From: Nanobdellota archaeon
GTDB taxonomy: Archaea; Nanobdellota; Nanobdellia; Pacearchaeales; GW2011-AR1
NCBI GenBank assembly: GCA_038045765.1
Contig: JBBSXN010000002.1
Location: 84,450-131,835 of the forward strand
Reading direction: 5' to 3'
DNA: 47,386 nucleotides
Shown here: positions 19,011-28,655 of the stretch, in pieces
Position numbering within the stretch: position 1 is the first letter of the stretch
Layout of the letters: each line of letters begins with the position of its first letter
Translations under genes and position numbers: made by a program
The notes under the pieces: generated by a model
The model's database searches: none
What the model was told of the DNA's origin: nothing
What the model saw: only the letters and a program-made list of their open reading frames with translations

Positions 19011-20024
19011 TTATAAGAATATTCCTTCTCTGAATATTATAAATCCGATAATTATTACTAAAATTTGGAATGACCAGATTAAAGCTACTACTCTTTCTTC
19101 AGTGGGTTTGATATTATATTTCTTGAATAAATAAATTGCTAAATGTTCTAGACCGTAAATCTTGTCATAAAGAAGATCGAGCGAACCATCAGATTGAGGT
19201 TTACCGAAAGATTGTTTCACTAATTTTCCACGTATTTTTAATATGGTCTCTAAAATGTAAGGTATAAAGAAGAATACTGCTATTTTTTCAAAGTTTCCTA
19301 GAATTGCGAGAATAGCAATTAATCCTCCTACTGAATATGTTAAAGAATCTCCTGGAAAAACTCTTGATGGAAAAGCATTATATCTTAGAAATGCTAGTAA
19401 TGAAGCTATCATTATTAAGGCTACTATGGTAATCCAAGAATTGTCCGTAAGTGAAGCTACCAGAGCTATTGCTGACAAGATAAGAACTCCTTGTCCTGCT
19501 TCTAAACCGTTAAAACCAGCAAGAAAATTGAAAGTGGTTGTTGCACCAATAATGCCTAAAGGTATCATTATTAAAGGGTAGAAGAATCCGATATCCATCG
19601 TTCCTAGGAATGGAAGATTAATTATACTTTTTCCAGCATTTATAGCCATTAAAGGTATAGCTGCTAAAGCTACTAATATTATTCTTGAACGTCTAGAAAG
19701 ACCTCCTTGTCTCCAGCCAAGTAAATCGTCTATTAAACCTATTCCTGAGAGCATTAAAACTATAACTAAAATTGCAAATAATTCAACTAAAAACTCTTGA
19801 GAGTTAAGAGAAAAGACCCTATAAGCAATAAAAATCAAGATCCCTATTAAAAATCCAAGTACTGTGATTATTCCTCCAGAACCAGAAACACTCGTTTTAT
19901 AATTTTTGTTCATATCGTTCCAGACTAATCCTATTTTTTTTGATTTTCTTATCCAAAAAGGCATAAGAAGTAAAACTACTAAAAAAGATACTAAGATAGG
20001 GATAAACAACATTTTTTCATCCAT
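19011..20024 (-). CDS. UDP-GlcNAc:dolichyl-phosphate GlcNAc-1-P transferase (ALG7/AglH, MraY-like family)
   Basis: DMNK, GLIDDLL, FNFLAGFNGLEAG, VFPGDS. Confidence 0.9.
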   Translation of the reverse strand: MDEKMLFIPILVSFLVVLLLMPFWIRKSKKIGLVWNDMNKNYKTSVSGSGGIITVLGFLIGILIFIAYRVFSLNSQEFLVELFAILVIVLMLSGIGLIDDLLGWRQGGLSRRSRIILVALAAIPLMAINAGKSIINLPFLGTMDIGFFYPLIMIPLGIIGATTTFNFLAGFNGLEAGQGVLILSAIALVASLTDNSWITIVALIMIASLLAFLRYNAFPSRVFPGDSLTYSVGGLIAILAILGNFEKIAVFFFIPYILETILKIRGKLVKQSFGKPQSDGSLDLLYDKIYGLEHLAIYLFKKYNIKPTEERVVALIWSFQILVIIIGFIIFREGIFL

Positions 20025-20027
20025 AAT

Positions 20028-22727
20028 TTAAGCATACTCAATATCCTTTGAAGGATAAGTTGTATTTAGATAAGCAGAATTTACTTTAATGTCTGAAGGA
20101 TAGCTGACCTCCCAGATTTTTATAGGGCCTCTAATTCCTCCATTTGCAACTACAAAATCGTTAGTAGTCAATCCTGCTTTTTTCAACTCTTTTACTAAGA
20201 AATCATCTTCAGAATGAGCTAGTGTGAAAAATTGATTTTCTTCTTGATATAAATAAAGTCTTGCTAATTGTGAATTAACAACTCTGGAAGAAAGATAGAT
20301 CATTGCACTATCCGATTCTACGCTCTGACCAGTGAAGATAGGTAACAGAACTACTCCTGATTCGATTCCAGATTTGAAATCTATTAGAGAATCTTTATAT
20401 GCATATCTTATAGGTATAGTATATTGTTTATTTTGATAAACAAATATTCCTTTTGGCTGAGAAAGAATATTTCCTTTTTTATCTAATTCAAGAGCAACTA
20501 TTCCAAGTCCAGCCTTGCCTTTTGGTAAGAATATTTTTGTACCATTATCCTCATAAATAATATCTTCATCTAAACTAAAACCTGCATTGTAGACATATAT
20601 AGAACCATTCTTTGTATCCTGTTTTTGCTGTGGATCTCTTCCAATTACTGGAATATAGCTCTGTCTGTCATAGTCTTTATCTGATCCTATTGAAGAGAAC
20701 GCCCCATATTTTCCTATATCTGTTGAATCTATTAAGAAATGAGTTACATTGTGTGAGTATAAGAATTCTAAAGATTCTTCATTGCTTGTGCCTGTAAGAG
20801 CATATCTGCCCATTAAATGATTCCAATAGCTTATTGCGTTTCCTCCATCTAATACTGTTGCTCTCTCTCCGATTGATTGTATCCAATAACCGTAGTCCCA
20901 CCAGTGTGCGAAGACTGCATTTTCTGAAGTATTAGTTCTAACCCAAGACATTGCAAGTTGCCATTGCTGATTATAAACATTAGGAATATAATTTTTAGAA
21001 GTATTGGAAGTCTCATTATATAAAACATATCCTGAGTAAAAGGAAGCTAGTATTACTAAACCTGCTAAAATTAGAGCAGTTGTATTTTTGGAATTATCTT
21101 TATTCTCATATGCATTATAAAATATTTTTACTGCTAAAAATGAAACAATTATTGAAGCTGGAGGAACAAGCATTAAAATCAATCTAACTGCTCCTCTAGC
21201 AGAAACTATACACAACAAGAATAGAACTAATAAAGATATTACTCCAAAGTCTAACTCTTTTAATTTTCCTTCTGAGTTATTCTTGTGCATTAAATTGTAT
21301 ATATATAATCCACCTAATATTAGTATTAAAAAGCCCAAACCATAAACAATTAAACTAATTGTATTTGTTCCGTTAAATATGCTGTCTGGTTTGTATCTGC
21401 TAAATACTAATGCTAATAAGAATAATATGTATGAGGATATTGATATTATTCTTTCTTTCTTGTCTAAATTTCTAACTAATAGAGAAACTAAAGAGACTGA
21501 ACCTATACAGAAGAGCCAAAACATTAAAGGGATTCCGTAAATAAGTGGACCAAAACTATTAGCCCATTCACTAAAGAAAGGCTGTCTATTTTCGGCTACT
21601 GTGACTCCTAGTCTGCTTGTTATAGGTGTAACAAGATTATCAATTACTTGATGGAATTGGAATTTTATGAATTCTGGCCCAAAAATAATTAATGATAAAA
21701 TAAACCCTACAACTAATATGGTTAAGAAGGCAAGGAGAGTTTTAGGTATTCTTGATAAATATTTGTTGTTTTCAATAAAATTTATTTTATTAGATTCAAT
21801 ATATCTATAAATGAAAAAGGAAGATATTGCTAAAATAGTTATTAATGAAGAGGTTGAAGTGAAGAAATGAATGGCTGAGAATCTTGTTGTGAATGGTGCG
21901 ACTGATAAATAAGAAGAAATAAGCCAGATTATTGGTATCAATATCTTTTTGTTATTATCAAATTGTTTTAAGAAGAAAGCTATTAAAACTGAGACGCTTA
22001 TTGTGAAATAAACGTAAGCTACTCCTCCCCATATTAAGGACATTGCTGCTGTTGAGGCGCCAGATAGTAAAGAAAATATAATTAAATTTTTTGTGTCTTT
22101 TGATCTCCATGCTAATAAAAAGAAATAAAGTGCGAAAAACATAAAGAAGAAAGCTGCTGATTCTTTTTCAGGAATTCCAGCTACTGTTCTTGGAAGTAAG
22201 GGTGGTAAGATTATGAAGAAAAATGAAGATAGTAAAGCAATAATGTTTGCTTTCTTTATTCCGAGAGAATTTGTAAAGATGTTTTTTACAAAAAGAAATA
22301 GAGGTATGATTGTAATAGCAAACATAAATGCAGGGAATATAGCTGATGATTGTTCTACAGAAGCGCTGCCAAATAATGTTGCTAATTTATGAAACCAGGC
22401 CATTAAATAAGGAAGAAGAAGAAGTTCTCCTTTAGTCTCAAATCCTAAAGGTACATAACGCATTGAGTCTATTGCTGTTAAGGCTCCTTGTTCAACAATC
22501 TCTTTTGCCCATCTTGTGAATAGCCAGGGGTCTAAATCAGGACCAAGAGCCCAGCCACCAGTAGAGATGTCTCTTAAACCTGCAAGATTTAAAGTTCTTA
22601 TCCAGTATGCAAAATAAACTAAAATCACTAAAACCCCATATATTATCCAATTGTATTTCACTTTTAGAAACTCAAGAGTCTTCTTTTTTCTCTCTTCAAG
22701 TAAGAAATCTTCTTGCGAATTATTCAT
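20028..22727 (-). CDS. aglB: Oligosaccharyltransferase AglB (STT3)
   Basis: DLDPW, PEKE, TVAE, HWWDYGYWI, and a DGGN...N segment; multiple TM helices followed by a soluble C-domain. ATG chosen about 22 nt after a TTTATATA box. Confidence 0.95.
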   Translation of the reverse strand: MNNSQEDFLLEERKKKTLEFLKVKYNWIIYGVLVILVYFAYWIRTLNLAGLRDISTGGWALGPDLDPWLFTRWAKEIVEQGALTAIDSMRYVPLGFETKGELLLLPYLMAWFHKLATLFGSASVEQSSAIFPAFMFAITIIPLFLFVKNIFTNSLGIKKANIIALLSSFFFIILPPLLPRTVAGIPEKESAAFFFMFFALYFFLLAWRSKDTKNLIIFSLLSGASTAAMSLIWGGVAYVYFTISVSVLIAFFLKQFDNNKKILIPIIWLISSYLSVAPFTTRFSAIHFFTSTSSLITILAISSFFIYRYIESNKINFIENNKYLSRIPKTLLAFLTILVVGFILSLIIFGPEFIKFQFHQVIDNLVTPITSRLGVTVAENRQPFFSEWANSFGPLIYGIPLMFWLFCIGSVSLVSLLVRNLDKKERIISISSYILFLLALVFSRYKPDSIFNGTNTISLIVYGLGFLILILGGLYIYNLMHKNNSEGKLKELDFGVISLLVLFLLCIVSARGAVRLILMLVPPASIIVSFLAVKIFYNAYENKDNSKNTTALILAGLVILASFYSGYVLYNETSNTSKNYIPNVYNQQWQLAMSWVRTNTSENAVFAHWWDYGYWIQSIGERATVLDGGNAISYWNHLMGRYALTGTSNEESLEFLYSHNVTHFLIDSTDIGKYGAFSSIGSDKDYDRQSYIPVIGRDPQQKQDTKNGSIYVYNAGFSLDEDIIYEDNGTKIFLPKGKAGLGIVALELDKKGNILSQPKGIFVYQNKQYTIPIRYAYKDSLIDFKSGIESGVVLLPIFTGQSVESDSAMIYLSSRVVNSQLARLYLYQEENQFFTLAHSEDDFLVKELKKAGLTTNDFVVANGGIRGPIKIWEVSYPSDIKVNSAYLNTTYPSKDIEYA

Positions 22728-22769
22728 AAACAACTGACTAAAAAGCAATATATAAAGGTTTCAGAGTAA

Positions 22770-23627
22770 TCAAAATAGGCGAGGAGTAAGATAAACTTCC
22801 ATTAAAGCTGCTATGAATAACACTATTAAACCTAATATTATTAGATTTAATGAATCGTGTAAAACTTCCCAGAACTTCTCTGTACCTATTTCATGCCTGA
22901 CTACTGCTACTGAAACAAGACCTCCTGCTAAAGCAACTATAAAGTAAGCTAAAATCTCAGGTATTCCGTGTATGAGATATCTAGAAAGTGCTATGGGTAG
23001 TCCTGATAATTTCGATTGTGTAAATATTCCTACTGCTGCAGAGATTACTGATGCATTCCAAGCCAAAATAAATATTACTCCTGCACCAAATACGAGAGAG
23101 AATATAAGGGTAAATATACAAACATAAATATTATTTGCAAATATTAAGAATAATCTATCAGTTCCAGTTACCTGTCCTGTGGCAGTTACTGTATTCTTTA
23201 TGCCATATTGAGTTACACAATCTTGGAAGTTTGTAGGGCGGTTTATCATACAAAATGTCTCTATTTGGGCTGCAAAATTCTGATTGGAAGATAAGGCTAT
23301 GTACCAGAATGAAAAGGCCACTACAAATCCTATAAATAAAAACATAAAAGCGTAAATTGCATGAGTATGTTCGCCTAGGAGTGTGAAAGAACTTTTTTCT
23401 TCAGATATTCTTGATTCTTCTAATTTTAAAGTATAATAAATAAACGGAAGTGAGAACATCACTGTGAAAGTAACTATTAATATGCCAGAGTATCTTGAAA
23501 GAACAGCATCCTGTGCAAATACCCATTCAACCAATAATATTGATAAGCTAGCATAAAATGCTCCTACAAAAAACATTTCCCAAGGTCTTCTTTCAGCTTT
23601 CTTAGGATTAATCAGCATTTCTAACAT
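22770..23627 (-). CDS. SpoIIM/DUF95-family membrane protein
   Basis: IFANNIYV, ILAWNASV, IHGIPEILAY, AALMEVY. Confidence 0.8.
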   Translation of the reverse strand: MLEMLINPKKAERRPWEMFFVGAFYASLSILLVEWVFAQDAVLSRYSGILIVTFTVMFSLPFIYYTLKLEESRISEEKSSFTLLGEHTHAIYAFMFLFIGFVVAFSFWYIALSSNQNFAAQIETFCMINRPTNFQDCVTQYGIKNTVTATGQVTGTDRLFLIFANNIYVCIFTLIFSLVFGAGVIFILAWNASVISAAVGIFTQSKLSGLPIALSRYLIHGIPEILAYFIVALAGGLVSVAVVRHEIGTEKFWEVLHDSLNLIILGLIVLFIAALMEVYLTPRLF

Positions 23628-23689
23628 ATTTTTTAAAACCTCTTATGCCTGAGTTAAATCTTAAGTGCTTATATAGTTTTTGTGGATAA

Positions 23690-24055
23690 TTATTTGAAAT
23701 ATTCTGGAGAATAGTAGCATCTTTGCACACATACGGCTAGATTTGAATCTCCAATATTGAATATTTCCATAAAATTTATTCCTGGATGAACTGGATCTCT
23801 TGAGTTTCCACATGAATCATAACATCCTTTATTTTCAAAGCAACTAACCACGAATTTAAGCTCTTCAGTGTTTTTTACTCCTCCTGCACTTCTTATAGGG
23901 TTTTCCTTAGCTTTAGCATCACACTCAGCATATCTTTCAAAATAGACTTCTTTTACTTGTTTATTTTTATATAAATATATTCCTGAAAGAATCAAACTAA
24001 TTGTTATAATTATTGCTAATGTAATGTATGTTGCTCTTTTATTGTTTTTTTTCAT
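23690..24055 (-). CDS. Small Cys-rich membrane-anchored hypothetical protein
   Basis: N-terminal basic residues plus a TM helix, six Cys in the ectodomain; start abuts the prefoldin stop. Confidence 0.6.
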   Translation of the reverse strand: MKKNNKRATYITLAIIITISLILSGIYLYKNKQVKEVYFERYAECDAKAKENPIRSAGGVKNTEELKFVVSCFENKGCYDSCGNSRDPVHPGINFMEIFNIGDSNLAVCVQRCYYSPEYFK

Positions 24056-24056
24056 A

Positions 24057-24446
24057 TTATTTTTCTAGTCCTATTGAATTTATTAGTGAGTTTAGAGAAC
24101 CTAAATAAAAATCCATCTGGTTTTGGAGATAAATCTTTGTTTCAGAAAGTTTCTTTATCTGCCCTTCCAAGATATTCTCAATCTCCTCTGGAGACTTATT
24201 TATAATTATTCCTTTTCCTATCTCGACTAATAATGATTTATCTTTTAATTCTGCATTTAAGTATACTCCCTTACCTATTGAAGCTAGCATTTTTTTATCA
24301 GATGACTTTGAGAGTTCTTTAAGGTTTGAATGAAAAGTTGAAAGCTCTGATATTTGACTTTCTATAAACTCTAGATGCTGCTCTGACTCTTTCATTCCAA
24401 CTTCTAAGACCTGTGCTTTGTTTATTGTTTCTTGACTCATTTCCAT
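24057..24446 (-). CDS. pfdA: Prefoldin subunit alpha
   Basis: Coiled coils flanking the double beta-hairpin LASIGKGVYLNAEL...LLVEIGKGIII.KS.EE. Confidence 0.85.
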   Translation of the reverse strand: MEMSQETINKAQVLEVGMKESEQHLEFIESQISELSTFHSNLKELSKSSDKKMLASIGKGVYLNAELKDKSLLVEIGKGIIINKSPEEIENILEGQIKKLSETKIYLQNQMDFYLGSLNSLINSIGLEK

Positions 24447-24526
24447 ACCTATATGCTGAATTTTAGCGTTTTAAATCTTATGAAAGTGAGAGATACTTTT
24501 TTAAATAGAATAAAACTTTGGAAATA

Positions 24527-25276
24527 ATGGTATTAAAAGTTGAAGGTTCTTGGAATGAGTTCTGGAAGAAAAAAGGGAGTAAGATGGAATGGAAGAAAGA
24601 AGATGTTTTAGAATCAAAAGAATTAAAAGAAATTCTTGAAATTATGAAATCTCATCTTAGAAAGAGTAATGATAAAATCAGTTTAATAGAGCTTGGAGCA
24701 GGAATGGGCATTACTTCTTTATTTTTTGCACATCAGGGAGTTAAAGTAACTTTACTAGATAAATCTCCTGAGGCTAAGGGATTGGCAAAAGAATATTGGG
24801 ATGATATTGAAAAACATGAATATATTTTAGGAGATTTATTTACATTCTCTTCTAAGAAAAAGTATGATGTTGTGACTTCTTATGGATTATGTGAGCATTT
24901 TGTAGAAAAAAATAGAGAACTTGTACTTAAAAAGCATATTGAACTACTTGATAAAAAAGGCGTTGCATTAATTTCTGTCCCACATAAATACGGGATATTT
25001 TATAGAATCTCAAAGAAGATACAAGAAACTTTAGGATATTGGGATTTTGGTCTAGAAGTACCTTTCTCTAAGAATGAGCTGATAAATTTTGCTAACAGAA
25101 ATAAGCTAAATTATGAAATCATTATGAGCGGATTTTATGGCTCTGCTTATGACTTATTTGTTAGAAAACCCTTAAAAGTTCTTAATATCTCTTCAAAAAG
25201 AAGATTTGATTCTACCAAGAGTATTTTTGATGATATATTTGGAAGCGGTTTATTGATAATCTTAAAAAAAGGTTAA
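24527..25276 (+). CDS. Class I SAM-dependent methyltransferase
   Basis: IELGAGMG, LLDKS, GDLF, YDVVTSYGLCEHF. Confidence 0.85.
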   Translation: MVLKVEGSWNEFWKKKGSKMEWKKEDVLESKELKEILEIMKSHLRKSNDKISLIELGAGMGITSLFFAHQGVKVTLLDKSPEAKGLAKEYWDDIEKHEYILGDLFTFSSKKKYDVVTSYGLCEHFVEKNRELVLKKHIELLDKKGVALISVPHKYGIFYRISKKIQETLGYWDFGLEVPFSKNELINFANRNKLNYEIIMSGFYGSAYDLFVRKPLKVLNISSKRRFDSTKSIFDDIFGSGLLIILKKG

Positions 25277-25815
25277 TTGTATTTAATCTCCAAAACTGAT
25301 AATCTCTCCATAAATAGGTTTTTTGATTCTAATATTTTGAATTTTAAATTTAAACCTTTTAGAGTGCTTTCTATCCTTTCAAATGGTGAAAGTGAGGAGA
25401 TGATTATTAGTATTATCCCTGATTTTGCTAAATGTTTTTTTGCTTGTTTAAGAAATTTTATAGTTAGTTCATCGCCTTTTTTACCTCCTGAAGTTATAAG
25501 ACTAGATTGTGAATCTTCTCTTACATCTTTTGGTAGATAAGGTGGATTAAATATAATTAAATCATATTTGCCTTTTATTTTTGAGAATAAGTTAGAATAA
25601 ATTGACTCTATTCCTAGAGATTTTATTTTTTTAACTGCTAATTTATTTATATCTGAAGCTAAAATGGACTTGGCTTTGGCTTTTTTGGCCGTTAAGGCTT
25701 GAATTCCTGAGCCAGAACCAATGTCTAAAACTTTTTTATTTTTTGCATATTTTTTTACTTGTTTAGCAAGAAGAAAAGAATCATCTGAAGGCTCATAAAT
25801 AAGATTATTAGTCAT
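25273..25815 (-). CDS. HemK2/PrmC-family (aRF1 glutamine N5) methyltransferase; may start at 25986 through an in-frame insertion
   Basis: IYEPSDDSFLL, VLDIGSGSG, SNLF, IIFNPPYLP, SGGKKG. Confidence 0.88.
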   Translation of the reverse strand: MTNNLIYEPSDDSFLLAKQVKKYAKNKKVLDIGSGSGIQALTAKKAKAKSILASDINKLAVKKIKSLGIESIYSNLFSKIKGKYDLIIFNPPYLPKDVREDSQSSLITSGGKKGDELTIKFLKQAKKHLAKSGIILIIISSLSPFERIESTLKGLNLKFKILESKNLFMERLSVLEIKYN

Positions 25816-25986
25816 CAAAAAAACGATGTGCCACTCCTTCTTAAAAGCAGTGGTTTGTGACAGGCACTCGTTTTTTGGATGCAGGAAAATATCTATTATT
25901 TTCCTGACTAGAAAATCTACTGATTTTCTATGCTCAAGATTCACCACACACTTCAGTGTGTGGTTTTCTGCCAAGAATCTTGACAT
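25813..25986. mobile_element. Non-autonomous multi-hairpin palindromic element (MITE/REPIN-like)
   Basis: Four stacked inverted repeats (caaaaaaacga-tgtgcc/ggcac-tcgttttttg; caggaaaata/tattttcctg; tagaaaatc/gattttcta; tcaagattc/gaatcttga enclosing ccacacac-ttca-gtgtgtgg), bounded by CAT at both ends; partial copy at 12783. Confidence 0.65.
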
Positions 25987-25992
25987 AATAAA

Positions 25993-26445
25993 TTAAGATG
26001 ATATTGCTAATAGAATTTTCTCTTTAAAGACTATCAAAATTAAAAGAAGAGCTATTAATATTGTGAAAGTTATTACTAAACCTATAACTACTTTCTTTGC
26101 TGTTCCTTGAAGTTGTTTTCCATCTATTTTTGGTTGAATTGCCATTGGGGAATTTGGTTGAATTGTTGGTTGCACTATCGGCTGATAAATTGGAAATTGA
26201 ATAGGGTTTGGTTTGACTTGGTTAGATTGGACTTGATTTGACTTTACTTGGTTAGATTGAACTGGATTTTCTTTTACTGCTGATGGATTTACTATTTGAG
26301 TAACTCCTGATGAGAGTTCATTTGCAGCCTCTTGTACTGTTCTAGGATTATATCCTGCATTAATAAAAGACTGAACTGCTCTTTCTAACGATTGGCCTCT
26401 TTCTAGTGCATTTCTTAGCCCTCCAATTATCTCATTATCAGTCAT
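25993..26445 (-). CDS. Hypothetical protein with Gln/Pro-rich linker and C-terminal TM anchor
   Basis: N-terminal helical domain (LRNALERGQSLERAVQSFINAGY), QSNQV repeats, C-terminal hydrophobic helix. Confidence 0.75.
   Translation of the reverse strand: MTDNEIIGGLRNALERGQSLERAVQSFINAGYNPRTVQEAANELSSGVTQIVNPSAVKENPVQSNQVKSNQVQSNQVKPNPIQFPIYQPIVQPTIQPNSPMAIQPKIDGKQLQGTAKKVVIGLVITFTILIALLLILIVFKEKILLAISS
26198..26268. repeat. Imperfect 15-bp coding tandem repeat (V[QK]SNQ pentapeptides)
   Basis: acttggttagattg occurs at 26216 and 26246; the protein reads VQSNQVKSNQVQSNQVKPNP. Confidence 0.75.
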
Positions 26446-27773
26446 AGGTTTAATACTCCTTCATTATCTAGTAAATGTACTGTTTTATTTCTTTTGTATC
26501 CCATTTCTTCAGCTAAAGATGCTCCTGCTTCTCTCTTTTTTAGTTCTCCGTGTGAGGGAATTACATGTTCTGGTTTTGTAAGGTTTATTAAATCTCTCAA
26601 ATCTTCTTTTCCACCATGACCTGAAACGTGTATATTGTCAAATATCCTTACTTGCTTTTTTTTCAATCTTTTTTCTAATTCTGCTCTTGAAAGTTCATTT
26701 ATTGGAGTTGGAATTGTTTTTGAAGAAAATATTATATCATAGTCTGAATTCAATTCAAGAGGTAATTGATTTTTTGATAACCTATCTAATATAGAACCTG
26801 GTTCGCCTTGATGCCCAGTACATACAATAAGATAATCTTTTTTATTTTTGTTTATCTGCTTAAGAATCTTTTCCATCTTGTGCCTATATGTTAAAGATTT
26901 TACGTCTTTCATGAATGGAGCTTTGCCTATATTTGAGGCAGCTGTGACATATTTGTTTAGACTCCTGCCAAGAAAAATAACCTGTCTATTCATCCTCTTT
27001 CCCAGTTCTGCAATAGTTTTTAGTCTTGAAATATGTGAAGAGAATGTTGTAATTATTATCCCTTTATTTGAATTGTCTGTTGTAAATAGAACTTCTTCAA
27101 GAAGATTCTTTGCAATTTTCTCAGAAGGAGTCTTTCTATCATCTGGAGCGTATAGGCAGTCAACTATCAATGCTTTCACTCCCATCTTAGCAAGTTCTTT
27201 CAAACGAGTATAATTTGGCTTATCTCCAAAGACAGGAGAGTTGTCAAGTTTGTAATCATTAGCGTATAAAATAATTCCTTCAGGAGTGTGCACTGCAATA
27301 ATTGCAGATTCTATTGTTGAGTGAGTCATATTTATGAACTCAACTTTATAAGGAATTTTTCCTCTTACTGTGAAACTTTGATTTGGCTTTAATGGAATTA
27401 ATCTGTTAGGTATTCTTTGATTTGAGTCTTGCATTAATACTTTTAATACTTCTATAGTATAGCTTGTTCCTAAAACTGGAGCTCTGTATCTAGGACCTAT
27501 ATATGGAACTCCTCCCACATGATCTAGATGTGCGTGTGAAATTAGTAATGCTCTTACTTTATCTTTTAAATTGTGCTTATCAAGATATAAGTCATTAGGT
27601 AAGGCACCTAGTGCTCGCATACCTTTTTCAGTAGGTATTTTTTCTCTTTCTTCAACTCCTACTATTGCAGGTAAGAAAAGCCCTGCATCAAAAATAAGAA
27701 CATCTTCTCCAACTTCTAAGATAGTCATATTCTTTCCAACTTCATCATAACCTCCTATTGCGTGTATCTTCAT
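26442..27773 (-). CDS. rnj: Archaeal ribonuclease J (beta-CASP metallo-beta-lactamase)
   Basis: IGGYDEVGKNMT, ISHAHLDHVGG, THST, DYKLD, TGHQGEP, HVSGHG, IPSHG. Confidence 0.93.
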   Translation of the reverse strand: MKIHAIGGYDEVGKNMTILEVGEDVLIFDAGLFLPAIVGVEEREKIPTEKGMRALGALPNDLYLDKHNLKDKVRALLISHAHLDHVGGVPYIGPRYRAPVLGTSYTIEVLKVLMQDSNQRIPNRLIPLKPNQSFTVRGKIPYKVEFINMTHSTIESAIIAVHTPEGIILYANDYKLDNSPVFGDKPNYTRLKELAKMGVKALIVDCLYAPDDRKTPSEKIAKNLLEEVLFTTDNSNKGIIITTFSSHISRLKTIAELGKRMNRQVIFLGRSLNKYVTAASNIGKAPFMKDVKSLTYRHKMEKILKQINKNKKDYLIVCTGHQGEPGSILDRLSKNQLPLELNSDYDIIFSSKTIPTPINELSRAELEKRLKKKQVRIFDNIHVSGHGGKEDLRDLINLTKPEHVIPSHGELKKREAGASLAEEMGYKRNKTVHLLDNEGVLNL

Positions 27774-27858
27774 TGTTTTAAAAAGCAAATCTATGTTTAT
27801 ATAACTTGTTGGACAAAAAAATGGATAGTAATAAAAAGGTTATTGATTTAAGTTTATA

Positions 27859-28143
27859 ATGAAATTGAAACAGAAGGCTTCTGCTAAAATGCATAGAAGA
27901 TATATACTATTATCTAAAACTGATAAAAAAACTATTGAAAGAGTAGTATTAGATTATATAGGCATATTAGGATGGGCTGAAGCAGCGCCTGTTTTTGTCA
28001 GTGATGATTGGATTGAAAATGGGCAGATAATTCTTGCTGTGGAAAGAAAGTCTCTGGAAAAAGTTAGAGCATCATTTGAAATGAGTAATGAGAAAATTAA
28101 AATATTGAGAGTTAGTGGAACTCTAAAAGGATTGAAAAAATGA
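27859..28143 (+). CDS. RNase P protein Pop5/Rpp14 family (shortened)
   Basis: RRYILL near the N-terminus, YIGILG, and VSGTLKGL at the C-terminus. Confidence 0.75.
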   Translation: MKLKQKASAKMHRRYILLSKTDKKTIERVVLDYIGILGWAEAAPVFVSDDWIENGQIILAVERKSLEKVRASFEMSNEKIKILRVSGTLKGLKK

Positions 28144-28631
28144 GTAATAAAAAAGCACAGATACAATTAAGCTTTGGAATGATTTTCTCAATTATAATTA
28201 TAATAGCGACTGTGGCTGTTGCTTTCTATTTTATACAGAAATTCTTAGATAGTAGTGATTGTGTTGTTTTGGGAGATTTCAAATCAAAACTACAGAGCGA
28301 TATAGATGCTGCTTGGAGGTCTCCTGTTGCACAGAAAAAGTTTACTGGTAGTTTAACTAGAGGCATAGAATCTGTATGTTTTGGAAGTATTGCCGATAGA
28401 GCACTAGGAGCTTATCCTGATGAGTATGCTGAATTCAGCTATTTAGTTGATAGTGATAAAAATCTTTTCTTATATCCTAGCAATGAAGCTTGTAATGGTA
28501 AGGCCGCAGAATTGAAATTGAATAATGTTGATTCTTCTGGCTTTTTCTGTAAAAAGGTTATTAATGGTAAGATTGAATTGAATATTATTAAAGAGTCTGC
28601 TACAGATTCTTTGGTGAAAGTAAAAGAATAA
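28140..28631 (+). CDS. Type IV pilin-like protein (class III signal peptide)
   Basis: MSNKKAQ followed by a hydrophobic helix; Cys-containing ectodomain. Confidence 0.7.
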   Translation: MSNKKAQIQLSFGMIFSIIIIIATVAVAFYFIQKFLDSSDCVVLGDFKSKLQSDIDAAWRSPVAQKKFTGSLTRGIESVCFGSIADRALGAYPDEYAEFSYLVDSDKNLFLYPSNEACNGKAAELKLNNVDSSGFFCKKVINGKIELNIIKESATDSLVKVKE

Positions 28632-28655
28632 AAAGCACTTGTTCTTCTAGATAGT

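Noticed and set aside
26198-26268. Periodic repeats considered as a possible CRISPR array
   Set aside because: 15-bp coding tandem repeats with no unique spacers and no cas genes.
1558-27213. Short opposite-strand ORFs overlapping annotated genes (e.g. 1558, 3748, 6095, 7139, 8718, 15599, 16025, 16421, 17059, 18003, 20612, 25277, 26848)
   Set aside because: Each is fully overlapped by a well-supported gene and shows typical antisense I/S/F/L composition.
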